DNA of 64,000 bases, taken from positions 1 to 64,000 of the forward strand of contig JANNBC010000011.1 of the NCBI GenBank assembly GCA_031385045.1, given 5' to 3'. The notes under the pieces are model-generated. The model did not search any database. It saw nothing but the letters and a program-made list of their open reading frames with translations, and was not told where the DNA came from. The position numbers were made by a program, and so were the translations under genes. Shown here one piece after another: positions 19,274 through 28,657 of this stretch (its first letter is position 1; every line of letters starts with the position of its first letter). Source of the stretch: a bacterium. GTDB lineage: Bacteria; Bdellovibrionota_C; UBA2361; CALJRW01.

Positions 19274-20386
19274 TTGAAGCTCAAACGTTTCACTGTTACA
19301 ATGATCAGACTTTATGAAGATAATTCCTTAGTGCCAGATTTAAATTTTGAACAAAAATGGACCAACACTCCAAGTAGACTAATTATCTTACGTTCTAACG
19401 ACCGTGAAGTTCAAATACTAGCGATTGCCGTCTCCGCCCTCTTCCATATAGTTTTATTTTTTATAGTCTACCTTAACTTTACTGGTCTTTTTTCCAAAGA
19501 GACAGAAAGCCTAACCGAGAAAGTTTTAGAGGTAGAGCTTTTACCAGAGCTATTTAGTAAGAAAAAACAAATTGTCAGTGAATCCGAAAAAGTTAATCAG
19601 ATTAAATCAGAACAAGCATTTAAAGAAGCAGAACAAAATAATTCTATTCTAGAAGAATCAGTTAAGCGTGGAGATGGCGGGAAACCAATTGCTAAAACAA
19701 TCACAAAACCAGTAACGATCCAAAAAGACCCTTCGCCAAAAACTACTCCAAAAGAAAAGCCTGCTAAACAAGTGGTAGAGAAAACTAAACCGAAAACAAA
19801 TGAGCCAGGCAATAAAATAGTTCCAGAAATTAAATTAGAAAAAACTACATCTGCCTCTGATGCCTCTGAAGAAAAGATTGACCTACAAACTAAAACTCAG
19901 AATAATTTAAATTCCGCCCTAGCTGGGAATCTTTTTGCCGGACAAGGGGGGAGTCCTGATTTATTACCAAATGTTCGCGAAGGAGAAATCACTTTACTAA
20001 ACACTAAAGCTTCTAAGTATGCTGTTTTTGTTAGGCGTGTTGCCCTACAAGTTTTTAACGAACTAAAAAATCGTGCTTGGAAACAATTAAATTTTGAAGA
20101 AATTCAAAGTATTATTGGGAATGCTACCGTCATTGCCAAGCTTGATCCAAAAGGTAATTTACTAAGCGCTCAACTAATATCTAATTCGGGATCAAAGATT
20201 TTTAATGATCTAATCTATCTTGCGGTCAAAGATAAAGCCCGCGATCCACATCCACCAGAGTCGGCTTTAGTTGATGGTCAATTTCATTTTGTATTTCAAA
20301 CCAAGATGACATCAGCAATGTCACCTGGTCGAAATGGTGGATACTCTGAAAGACGCTGGTTGGTGCTTAGTGTTGGGTTGGAATAA
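19274..20386 (+). CDS. TonB/TolA-like protein with TonB C-terminal domain
   Basis: TM with S-xxx-H (VSALFH), Lys/Pro-rich spacer, C-terminal LDPKGNL...SNSGSKIFND; start may be 19301. Confidence 0.75.
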   Translation: MKLKRFTVTMIRLYEDNSLVPDLNFEQKWTNTPSRLIILRSNDREVQILAIAVSALFHIVLFFIVYLNFTGLFSKETESLTEKVLEVELLPELFSKKKQIVSESEKVNQIKSEQAFKEAEQNNSILEESVKRGDGGKPIAKTITKPVTIQKDPSPKTTPKEKPAKQVVEKTKPKTNEPGNKIVPEIKLEKTTSASDASEEKIDLQTKTQNNLNSALAGNLFAGQGGSPDLLPNVREGEITLLNTKASKYAVFVRRVALQVFNELKNRAWKQLNFEEIQSIIGNATVIAKLDPKGNLLSAQLISNSGSKIFNDLIYLAVKDKARDPHPPESALVDGQFHFVFQTKMTSAMSPGRNGGYSERRWLVLSVGLE

Positions 20387-20429
20387 TCAATAGATTAGCT
20401 ATAATACTAAAAAATATTTAAAAATATAA

Positions 20430-23400
20430 TTAGAATTCAGGCTTTAATTTCTTCAACTCATTCATAGCATTTTCGGCGCCATCTTTAGCCATCTTTGTTG
20501 GGCTAAAACTAATTGGCTGCGCAGTGATTTGTCCATTCACAGCTTTATCTAAATCTGCACCATTTGATGATTTTGATAAAGTCTGACCTGCACCTGCTAA
20601 AGCAACCAACCCCTTCCCTGGATCTTTAGTAGCTATAGCTTCCCCTCCTAACAAGCCAGCAGTTTGAGTTACAGCACCTTGCAACCGCTGATGATTACCT
20701 TTTAGATCTAAGGTACTACCAGTATTGGCCTGATAATTAGTTGAAGCATAAGAAACTGCAGGTGATAATGCGCTAACTTGCCCACCCAATTCAGACATAA
20801 ATCCATTACTTGGATAGCTAAAGGCTTTATCATAACTAGAACCTAACATTCCTCCAGCACCAATTAACTCTAAGTCTTTTGGTTTATCTTTTGGATCAAA
20901 TGCTCCAGCAACAACTCCACGAGCCGCCATCATGCCCGACATGTGATTACTAAACTTAGCTCCTTGACTATAACTCTGTTCCCGCATGCCAAAGTTAGCT
21001 TGTTGAGTAAGTCGTCCACCCATTTCATTGGAAGCACGAGCTTGTTGTCCCATGACAAGTTGTCCCATCGAAGATTGAATATTGGCATCCCTGGAAGCTT
21101 GCTTAGAATCAAGAACTCCTGTCTGTCGATCTTTTTCCCAGTCTGCTCTTTGAGCTGCAACATCCGCTGACTCAATTCCAAGTTTTCCTTGTTGATTCTG
21201 AACGGCGGCACGATAAAGTGCAGGAGCACCTTTTTTGGTCAAATCAGCTGCCTTACCACCAAGACCTTTCATGGTCTCTACCATAGAAGGATCTCCAGGT
21301 GCCCCCGCTCCGCTTGTTCCAGGGGCACTCTGTGATGAATTTGGCGAAGCTGAACCAGGAGCTGCTGGGGCTGTTTTTGCTAACTGTGTTACTTCATCAA
21401 AAGCCATAGCTGCTTTCATTGAACCCATTACAGATTCCGCTCCCGCTTTACTCTTATCAAACTGGGCAATCTTAGCCGCGTTTCCAATTTCTCCAAATTG
21501 TTTCCCATCAGGAATACTTTGACTACCTTGATCAAATAAACTGCTTCGTGTCCCCAGTGCAGAACTCCGCATTTCTAAGCCCATCGCACTATTCTTAGAT
21601 TGTAAAGCTCTTAAAGCTAAGCCTTCCTGACGAGCACCTTTCGCATTAAATGTCTGCTCTGCAGCCATGTTGTTCATTGTACCATGACGAGTCTCTTCGG
21701 CAATGGCACCTGACCTAGCAGCCGATCCACCCTCAGATGAAACCCCACCAATCCCTTCTTTAACCATGTTGGACATACCAGATTTAGCACCTAGTAATAA
21801 TTGTCCAGTTACTGCCGGCACTGCGAAATAAAGAGCTGACATTAAGTAAATGTAATAGGCATTTACAAGATCATGGTTTAGAGAACGAGAAAGAATTAAT
21901 CCGCGATCAAATAAATCTAAAGCAGTACCTTCTGTTAAACGTAGACCTTGAAGAATAGAAGTAGCCTTTCCATCAGGACCAAAAACAAAATCTACAGAGT
22001 TAGTAGTGTTTACATCATTTGGAAAATCTAACTTTAAAATACTATAGTTTAAAGAAGCTACGTTATTAGAGTTACCAAGATTTGCCCAAATAGATTTTTC
22101 AATATTTTGAATCACAGCAAAGCCTGCATCCCAACTCTTGGCCCAAACATAAAAACTAGACCAAGTAATCATCCACTTCCACCAACCAGGAACTAGTACC
22201 ATGACACAGGCGAGTGGGTAACCAATCGAAAGAAGATAAAGAATCATCCCTTGAACGTGTGGTAACATTTTTGCCCAAGTATAAACCTCGGCAAACTTAT
22301 TTTTAGAGTTAGTTGTTCTACTAAACTCTTCCGCGTAATTGGCACTTCGATCTGATGGTAATAAATTTTGATCAGCAAGTTGTGGTGCCAGTGCAAACTC
22401 ATTGCGAATCATATAAGCCATAATCATATGCAACATGAATTGCTGTCTTTGCGAAGCTGTGGCAATTGGCTCTTCAGTACCATCAGACTTTAAAAATTCC
22501 CAATCATAGGTAAATACAAAATCCATCACATCAGTTTTTATAACTTCATTCTTCACAGAATCAGCAGCCACAGGTAGGTCTAAAGAAGTTCGTAAATTAA
22601 TGTAATGCAATGCTGATTCCCATCGAATCCCAGTCATCAACATCCATAGCCAATCATCACAGGTAATAGTTGTCGCTTGAAATTGCACATCGGCAGAACT
22701 TGGCGCTGTGTTGTTATCGCTAAAAGCAAATTGTTGAAAACCTGGGTTGGCTAAATCATTAGTCTTCTTATTGAGTAATTGCTTATAGGCATAAGGAGTT
22801 GGAATTCTAATCTTATTTAACTCGCACAGTAACTTATCTTTATCATTACCAGAACTACAATCAGTAGAAATGCTTGTACCAGAATTGGTAATTGTGTCAG
22901 GAGTTCCAGTAAATAAAGTTTTAGGTAAATTAAGTCCATTGGAACTTGAAGCTTTAATAAAAGCCCCCTTATTTAAGTATTCACTCATTTTATCACCGCA
23001 CTCACTGGACATATACTGAACCAGTAATTCTCGGAGCTCATTATTGGTAATCTTAGCACCAGTAATATTTTCCATTAACTCCCACTTCTCAGTGCTTAAT
23101 AGTGGCCAGTTTGTGGTTTGTGTTGGTGCAGAGTTCTGGTGACGATCTTTAGGTAACTCCCCTCTAATCCCCATTAATCCCACAACGTTCTGTATTACCT
23201 CGCTAGAAACTTCATCGATTTTGGTAAAAAACCAAGGAACATAAATAGCATAACTTGCTCCTGTTTTTTGATAGTCAGGAGTAATCGCTCCAGAAGCAGT
23301 ACTACTAATAATTGGGTTATTAAGTCCCGTGTAGGCAAGTTCCCAAACTACTCTTTGATCCTGCCTCTCTCCCCCAATCTCCCAAGCAACACCGTGACGC

Positions 23401-23819
23401 TCGACAATGTTAAAGAGCAAGAAATACATAATTCCTGGGCCGGCTGCAAACCAACCGTACATCTTAGGTGGCTGACCAAGAGCCATCATAATAACTGCTA
23501 TGAAAAAACTTAGCATGAAGATAAAAGCACCGATTGTTTTAAGGTAGGAAGCATCGCCACCCATTGGACTACTGTTTGCAGTTCCCAACTGATCTAATCC
23601 ACCAAATTTTTGAAGCAATGCACCAAGAGTCCAATAACCCATCGTGGCATAAGAAGCAGTAATAGGATTTGTAGCAGAAGAACAATATTGTCCCCAGGCA
23701 AGGTGGCCGTCCGCATCTGGCGTACAGCGAGTTGTAATTACAGGTTGGGCATAGGCAGATCCAGCTACCCCAAAAACAATTACTAATAGAAAAAACCCTG
23801 TTAAAATCCTTTTAATCAT
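20430..23819 (-). CDS. TraG-like (F-type/ICE mating-pair stabilisation, TraG_N) multi-pass membrane protein
   Basis: N-terminal TMs, VPWFFTKIDEVSS, Cys motifs (SECG, ITCDDW), second TM cluster LPHVQGMILYLLSIGYPLACVM..WAKSWD, long G/S/A/Q-rich tail. Confidence 0.62.
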   Translation of the reverse strand: MIKRILTGFFLLVIVFGVAGSAYAQPVITTRCTPDADGHLAWGQYCSSATNPITASYATMGYWTLGALLQKFGGLDQLGTANSSPMGGDASYLKTIGAFIFMLSFFIAVIMMALGQPPKMYGWFAAGPGIMYFLLFNIVERHGVAWEIGGERQDQRVVWELAYTGLNNPIISSTASGAITPDYQKTGASYAIYVPWFFTKIDEVSSEVIQNVVGLMGIRGELPKDRHQNSAPTQTTNWPLLSTEKWELMENITGAKITNNELRELLVQYMSSECGDKMSEYLNKGAFIKASSSNGLNLPKTLFTGTPDTITNSGTSISTDCSSGNDKDKLLCELNKIRIPTPYAYKQLLNKKTNDLANPGFQQFAFSDNNTAPSSADVQFQATTITCDDWLWMLMTGIRWESALHYINLRTSLDLPVAADSVKNEVIKTDVMDFVFTYDWEFLKSDGTEEPIATASQRQQFMLHMIMAYMIRNEFALAPQLADQNLLPSDRSANYAEEFSRTTNSKNKFAEVYTWAKMLPHVQGMILYLLSIGYPLACVMVLVPGWWKWMITWSSFYVWAKSWDAGFAVIQNIEKSIWANLGNSNNVASLNYSILKLDFPNDVNTTNSVDFVFGPDGKATSILQGLRLTEGTALDLFDRGLILSRSLNHDLVNAYYIYLMSALYFAVPAVTGQLLLGAKSGMSNMVKEGIGGVSSEGGSAARSGAIAEETRHGTMNNMAAEQTFNAKGARQEGLALRALQSKNSAMGLEMRSSALGTRSSLFDQGSQSIPDGKQFGEIGNAAKIAQFDKSKAGAESVMGSMKAAMAFDEVTQLAKTAPAAPGSASPNSSQSAPGTSGAGAPGDPSMVETMKGLGGKAADLTKKGAPALYRAAVQNQQGKLGIESADVAAQRADWEKDRQTGVLDSKQASRDANIQSSMGQLVMGQQARASNEMGGRLTQQANFGMREQSYSQGAKFSNHMSGMMAARGVVAGAFDPKDKPKDLELIGAGGMLGSSYDKAFSYPSNGFMSELGGQVSALSPAVSYASTNYQANTGSTLDLKGNHQRLQGAVTQTAGLLGGEAIATKDPGKGLVALAGAGQTLSKSSNGADLDKAVNGQITAQPISFSPTKMAKDGAENAMNELKKLKPEF

Positions 23820-23827
23820 TATTCCTG

Positions 23828-24778
23828 CTATCTTTTTACATACTCCGGTTCTTTATAATTCTTAACTCTTTCGTTCACTGCTTCATGCATTGCCAGAATA
23901 CTTTTAGCAATATTTAACTGCGTAGCTTGTAGATCTGATAATTTACCTTCAGTACTTTCATTTAATTGACTTAACAAGACTTGTAGTGCTTCGCGCTGAT
24001 CTTCATTAAAGGTTCCAATTGCAGTATTCACCAGTCCCGCATAATTATAAATAATTCCTAGAGCATGATAATAGGCAATATTAGTTACAAAGATAAAGTA
24101 ATAATTAGAATAACTAAAAGCATCTCGTTGTGCGTCAGTTAACTCTCCTGTTGGGCTTCCATAAATCTTCCAAAATTCCGAATATGGCTTAGGACTTTTA
24201 AATGCCTCACAGGATAACTCTTTAGTAAAAGTTCGATAAAGTTTTAAGAATGACTGGGCCGCAAACTCAGTAAATTTAACATCAGGGATTGAAAGTAGAT
24301 TATATTTAGCAGCAAGTGCCTCTTGATTATTAAAATATGTATCACTTCCCTCTTTTAACTTATCGGGAGTAGAGTTAGCTTCCCCTGTGCAAATTTTTTC
24401 TAAAACCTCCGATAAGGCTTTCCACTTAGCAGTTGCTAACTCACAAGTTAAAGTAGTAACTGCTTTTTGGCCTTCAGCCTTACAGTCATCAACCGTAGAT
24501 CCTGTAGGCTCCACTCGTTTCGTAGTCCACTCTACCTCAGTTTCAGCATTACCAGTCCGTTCAACTGTTACATCCCCAAAATACTTTTTATATTCCTCCT
24601 TAAAGTCATTTAATTTATCCTGAGGAAAAGTAGTAATTAGAGAATTGGCACAAAAGGTCACATCAACAAGGGAAATCTTTTTCTTGCCTGTAAAATTACA
24701 ATCTTGGGCATACAAGATATTTGTAAAAAGTATTAATATTGCTAAGAAAAAGCTTTTTTCTAAAACCTTTAGATTCAT
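23828..24778 (-). CDS. Exported Cys-containing protein, possibly related to the TraH C-terminal half
   Basis: Signal peptide (…ILYA-QD), several Cys, C-terminal coiled coil; directly upstream of the traG-like gene. TraH link is weak. Confidence 0.45.
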   Translation of the reverse strand: MNLKVLEKSFFLAILILFTNILYAQDCNFTGKKKISLVDVTFCANSLITTFPQDKLNDFKEEYKKYFGDVTVERTGNAETEVEWTTKRVEPTGSTVDDCKAEGQKAVTTLTCELATAKWKALSEVLEKICTGEANSTPDKLKEGSDTYFNNQEALAAKYNLLSIPDVKFTEFAAQSFLKLYRTFTKELSCEAFKSPKPYSEFWKIYGSPTGELTDAQRDAFSYSNYYFIFVTNIAYYHALGIIYNYAGLVNTAIGTFNEDQREALQVLLSQLNESTEGKLSDLQATQLNIAKSILAMHEAVNERVKNYKEPEYVKR

Positions 24779-24780
24779 GA

Positions 24781-25440
24781 CTAATTGTTTACAAATAAAT
24801 TGTTCATACCAGCAGCATCTCCATCCGCACGTCGCTTAGGCGTCTCTTCTTGCTTGGAATCTTCTGCGTCTTTACTCGATAAACAAGAATCAACAATTAA
24901 TCCAACATCATGAGATTTATTAGCAGTAGCTTTATCAGTAATACACTTACTTAATTCAGCAAGTAATTGTTTTGCTGGTTGAGAACCAGAATTCTTAGCA
25001 ACTTCGGCAACAAGTTGATAAGTGCTCATGGATCGCTCCATTTGTTGATTACTAAATTCATTGGCCGCTTGTAGCCCTGCTAAAACTGCCGGCTCTGTCA
25101 TGGCCACACCAGTCATATAAAGTGTCACTTGTCCTTTAAGACCCAAGTTTAATAAATCAACACTTCCTTTATGACTCATAGAATCTACATAACCCTGATA
25201 CGATCCAACTCGTAAATTCTTATTTTTAATTGGGGCAGGTGCAGCGCCAGCTCCATCGCCACCATCGCTCGGAACTCGAGGCACAAGCACAGGGGGAAGA
25301 AAGTTATCTCCAATCGCAGTATTTGTCGGCCCCAATGATTCATTTGCTTTATACATTAATGGGGTACTATCCTCTGCTTGAACGATACCCTGACTGCAAA
25401 TCATTAAGCCTGCAATTAAAACTAGCAATCCCTTTCTCAT
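24781..25440 (-). CDS. Exported protein, possibly related to the TraH N-terminal half
   Basis: Signal peptide (VQA-ED); helix LYMTGVAMTEPAVLAGLQAANEFSNQ reminiscent of the TraH core; overlaps the stop of the traF-like gene. Confidence 0.45.
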   Translation of the reverse strand: MRKGLLVLIAGLMICSQGIVQAEDSTPLMYKANESLGPTNTAIGDNFLPPVLVPRVPSDGGDGAGAAPAPIKNKNLRVGSYQGYVDSMSHKGSVDLLNLGLKGQVTLYMTGVAMTEPAVLAGLQAANEFSNQQMERSMSTYQLVAEVAKNSGSQPAKQLLAELSKCITDKATANKSHDVGLIVDSCLSSKDAEDSKQEETPKRRADGDAAGMNNLFVNN

Positions 25441-26510
25441 TTGCCTCTCACAATTTTAAACATTTCATCCAAGTAATTAGCGCTAACAACATCATTTATT
25501 TGATAAAACTTCCCAGAGCTAGAATCGACAACCATAATTGTTGGCGCACTAGTAATATTTAATTTCTGAGCTAACTCTTTAGATGCCAAAGTCGTGAACT
25601 TCGCTCCGGTTCTTTTCTGGAAATTAGCTAACGCCCCGTCCGATACGTCATCTAATGAGAATCCTAGGATATTTAACTCGTCACTATCATCTAACTTAGC
25701 AAACACTGTTTGTAATGCGGTAGCTAAGTCAATTGATTTTTGATCGGTTGTCTTAAAAAAGAAGTAAACATCTACCTGACCAGTTGGAAGATAAGGAACC
25801 TTACCAGTAAGTTCTGATCTAGCTTGAGCTCGCTCGGCTTGTGCAATATCTCTTTTCTCTTCCGGGGATCCAGAGAATAAATCATTATCTTTGCGCTTAG
25901 CTTTTTTTAGTAACTCTTGAGCATCAACTGCCAAGCGACCCACTTGGTTTTCAACTTTAGGCTGCTCGTCAATAAACTGCATTAAGTCAGGATTATTATT
26001 AATTTCTGACTTAACCCAACCATCGGCTGGAATTGCTCCCGTTTTATACATGGCTAAACCATGAATGGAGGCAGCATCTTTGTTGATCTTCTCTAGTGCT
26101 TCAATATAGTTTTGGTACTGAACAGCATATTCAAAAGCTAATTTCTTATCCCCGACCTTCAAAGCTTCAATCATTGCTTGGAAAGGTTTTGGAGCATCTT
26201 TAATCGCCTTTACTTCGTGAGGTAGTTTTGGATCGCCATACTCGGCAATAATTTTTTCTTGAGGAGTTTCAGGTTGTTTAGGAGTAGAATCGGCTTTTTC
26301 AGCATTGGGAAGAAGATCACTTGGTTCTTCTTTATAATAGGCTTTCTCAATTTTTAGCTGTTTACCAAAAATATTTCGAACATCTCTTTCCTGCCCAGGG
26401 AAAAAAGATTGTGAGTCAGCCTGGCAATTAAGACTTGCTATAGCTACTTGAGTAACTACTAAACAAAGTCCTAAATATTTAAATTTACTAAACATTTTTC
26501 TAATACCCAC
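25437..26510 (-). CDS. TraF-like periplasmic thioredoxin-fold protein lacking CxxC
   Basis: Signal peptide; C-terminal VYFFFKTTDQKS...ILGFSLD...LAQKLNITSAPTIMVVDSSSGKF matches the TraF/TrbB pattern. Confidence 0.65.
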   Translation of the reverse strand: MGIRKMFSKFKYLGLCLVVTQVAIASLNCQADSQSFFPGQERDVRNIFGKQLKIEKAYYKEEPSDLLPNAEKADSTPKQPETPQEKIIAEYGDPKLPHEVKAIKDAPKPFQAMIEALKVGDKKLAFEYAVQYQNYIEALEKINKDAASIHGLAMYKTGAIPADGWVKSEINNNPDLMQFIDEQPKVENQVGRLAVDAQELLKKAKRKDNDLFSGSPEEKRDIAQAERAQARSELTGKVPYLPTGQVDVYFFFKTTDQKSIDLATALQTVFAKLDDSDELNILGFSLDDVSDGALANFQKRTGAKFTTLASKELAQKLNITSAPTIMVVDSSSGKFYQINDVVSANYLDEMFKIVRGK

Positions 26511-26614
26511 TTCCCAAAAACTGCCTCTACATATTTCATATCGTACTAAAACATTGAAATGCTTCAGCTAAATCACGATATTTTCTTTAAAATCGATCAA
26601 ATAGTTAATGGCAA

Positions 26615-27016
26615 TTACGGCTCTAAAATTTTATTATAACTATCAAAAATAGCTTTATACTGATCCACAATGGCATTATCAGCTAATGGATTATCACTAC
26701 TAGCACCCTTTTTCTTAGTGCTAAGCGAAGATTGTAACTTTTTCTCAGTTCTTTTTGGCATAGTTTTAGCCAATTCTAAGTCAACAATCGGACTCTTCCA
26801 CTCATTAGTCTCTTCACAGGTCTCAACAACTAAGTCATCAACATTCTTTAAAGGCGAAATATACTTATTCCCCCCATTTCCACAGTAAACTGAAGATGCC
26901 ACCAGCTCGCAGTCCTCCCCTTGCTTAGTGCTATAAACACCATTTTTACAGTTCCAAACCTCAGCATCAGCCAAAGATGTTATAATTAATAATAACAATA
27001 AGTTAACTCGCACCAT
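26615..27016 (-). CDS. Small exported protein, DUF4124-like
   Basis: Signal peptide ADA-EVWNCKNGVYS..C; ATG at 27016 preferred over TTG at 27037. Confidence 0.5.
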   Translation of the reverse strand: MVRVNLLLLLIITSLADAEVWNCKNGVYSTKQGEDCELVASSVYCGNGGNKYISPLKNVDDLVVETCEETNEWKSPIVDLELAKTMPKRTEKKLQSSLSTKKKGASSDNPLADNAIVDQYKAIFDSYNKILEP

Positions 27017-27121
27017 AGAAAGACTATCGGCTAACAAAGCAAACTTAATTAGAAATTTTCGCAGCTTAAAACAATTAATTTATCAAGCTCACGATAAACT
27101 AGAATTAGTATTCAAAAAATT

Positions 27122-27150
27122 TTGACATATATATGTTTAATATATATGCT
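27122..27150 (+). promoter_or_regulatory. vapBC promoter with palindromic operator
   Basis: TTGACA(27122)-17-TATGCT(27145); palindrome acatatatatgt; ATG 7 nt downstream. Confidence 0.7.
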
Positions 27151-27157
27151 TAAACAT

Positions 27158-27406
27158 ATGAAAAGAACTTCCCTCATGTTAGATGATAATTTACTAGAAG
27201 AAATCCGAGCTCTGGCTCAACAAGAAGGGCGAACCTTAAAAGATCAAATTCAATTAATACTAAGAGAAGGAATTAGAAATATGCCTAGTGCCGAGAAAAA
27301 AAATTTTAAACTTAAACTCCCAAGAACAATGGGAAAATTAATTTCAGAAGTTGATATAAGTAATCGAGATCAATTATTTAATATCTTTGATCAGAAATCT
27401 AAATGA
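27158..27406 (+). CDS. vapB: VapB-type antitoxin (ribbon-helix-helix)
   Basis: MKRTSLMLDDNLLEEIRALAQQEGRTLKD RHH pattern; overlaps the start of the PIN gene. Confidence 0.8.
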   Translation: MKRTSLMLDDNLLEEIRALAQQEGRTLKDQIQLILREGIRNMPSAEKKNFKLKLPRTMGKLISEVDISNRDQLFNIFDQKSK

Positions 27407-27834
27407 TTGCAGTTGATACAAATATTTTGGTATATGCGACTCGCCAGGAATTTCCTCAGCATCAGATTGCCTATGAACTTTTAGTGGACCTAGCTGAGGG
27501 CAACAGTCTTTGGGCAATCACCTGGCCTTCAATTTATGAATTCAGTCGAGTACTAACTCATCATAATTTGGTGAATCCTCCCGCCAGTACCAATGAAATA
27601 TTTTTAATAATTGAAAGCTTACTTAAATCCCCAAGCCTTAGAGTCTTATCACATGGCACTAATCATCAACAAACAATGCTAGCAGAAACTAAAAATACAT
27701 TCGCTAAGGGAAATTTTTTCTTTGACTTACAAATCGCCTCGATTCTTAAGGAGCATGGAGTAAAAGAAATTATTACAGCTGACAGTGATTTTTTAAAATT
27801 CTCTTGGTTAAAAGTCACGAATCCGTTTCTCTAG
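27403..27834 (+). CDS. vapC: VapC PIN-domain toxin
   Basis: MIAVDTNILVYA, EFSRV, FFDLQIA, TADSDF acidic residues. Confidence 0.9.
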   Translation: MIAVDTNILVYATRQEFPQHQIAYELLVDLAEGNSLWAITWPSIYEFSRVLTHHNLVNPPASTNEIFLIIESLLKSPSLRVLSHGTNHQQTMLAETKNTFAKGNFFFDLQIASILKEHGVKEIITADSDFLKFSWLKVTNPFL

Positions 27835-28032
27835 CAAAATCTTTAATAGCAAAACCTTCCCTCTTAACAATTCATTGCTTAGGCCTACCCTAATAACTCT
27901 TCAAAAGTTCTTAAAAATACTTTTTAGCACAACTTACTCATAATTTTCTCGATTATCTCCCATCCATAATCGCTACTTATTCTTAGAAGATAAGATCAGC
28001 GACTTGAAATCTAAATGTAACTGAGTTACAAT

Positions 28033-28219
28033 ATGAACAAGAATCATAAGACAACAAACCTCTTAATGAAAGTTAAGTTTTGTATTCAACACGGGCTTTA
28101 TCTTGACACTAGACACGCTTCAGATCGACAGTCGTCAGAAAGACAAATTAATAGATTTGAATATTTTGTTGATTATTACAGCAATTGATTTGGACCTAGA
28201 ACATGCTAATAAAAACTAA
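28033..28219 (+). pseudogene. DUF4258-like toxin pseudogene (internal deletion and frameshift)
   Basis: First frame (28033-28188) reads YLDTRHASDRQSSERQINRFE; a shifted frame reads ILLIITAIDLD to the stop at 28219; central part missing. Confidence 0.6.
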
Positions 28220-28655
28220 GAAACATCACATCGATCATGGGTTAGGGTTTCCAATTAAACTTTTAAATGTGCCAATGTGCAAAATGAGAGGAGAATGGAC
28301 ACCTGCTATTAATTATAACTTGCTTAGTAAATTAGTGCTTCATCAACTCTGCTGTCTGGAAAGCAAGCTAAGTGGCAATCACGTCAGATTTATCAGATTA
28401 TATTTTGAAATGACCCTACAGCAATTTGCTGAGCGTTTTGGAATTACTCACCCTGGCGTTATTAAATGGGAAAATATGAGGGGCGAACCAACTGGCATGA
28501 CTTGGGCAATTGAAAAAGATGTGAGATTATTTATTCTTTGTCGGCTCTCTAAGAAATCAAAAGAGTTAGTGAGTCTTTACCGAACCCTTGAAAAAGTAAT
28601 TAACAAAACTGACTCTATTTATTTAGAAATAGATCTTCGAAAACTGGCGGCATAA
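28203..28655 (+). CDS. Xre-type HTH protein, antitoxin-like
   Basis: LSGNHVRFIRLYFEMTLQQFAERFGITHPGVIKWE HTH. Confidence 0.75.
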   Translation: MLIKTKKHHIDHGLGFPIKLLNVPMCKMRGEWTPAINYNLLSKLVLHQLCCLESKLSGNHVRFIRLYFEMTLQQFAERFGITHPGVIKWENMRGEPTGMTWAIEKDVRLFILCRLSKKSKELVSLYRTLEKVINKTDSIYLEIDLRKLAA

Positions 28656-28657
28656 AA

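Noticed and set aside
27122..27157. N-terminal extension of the antitoxin from TTG at 27122
   Set aside because: That TTG is part of the -35 box TTGACA; the RHH pattern begins at ATG 27158.
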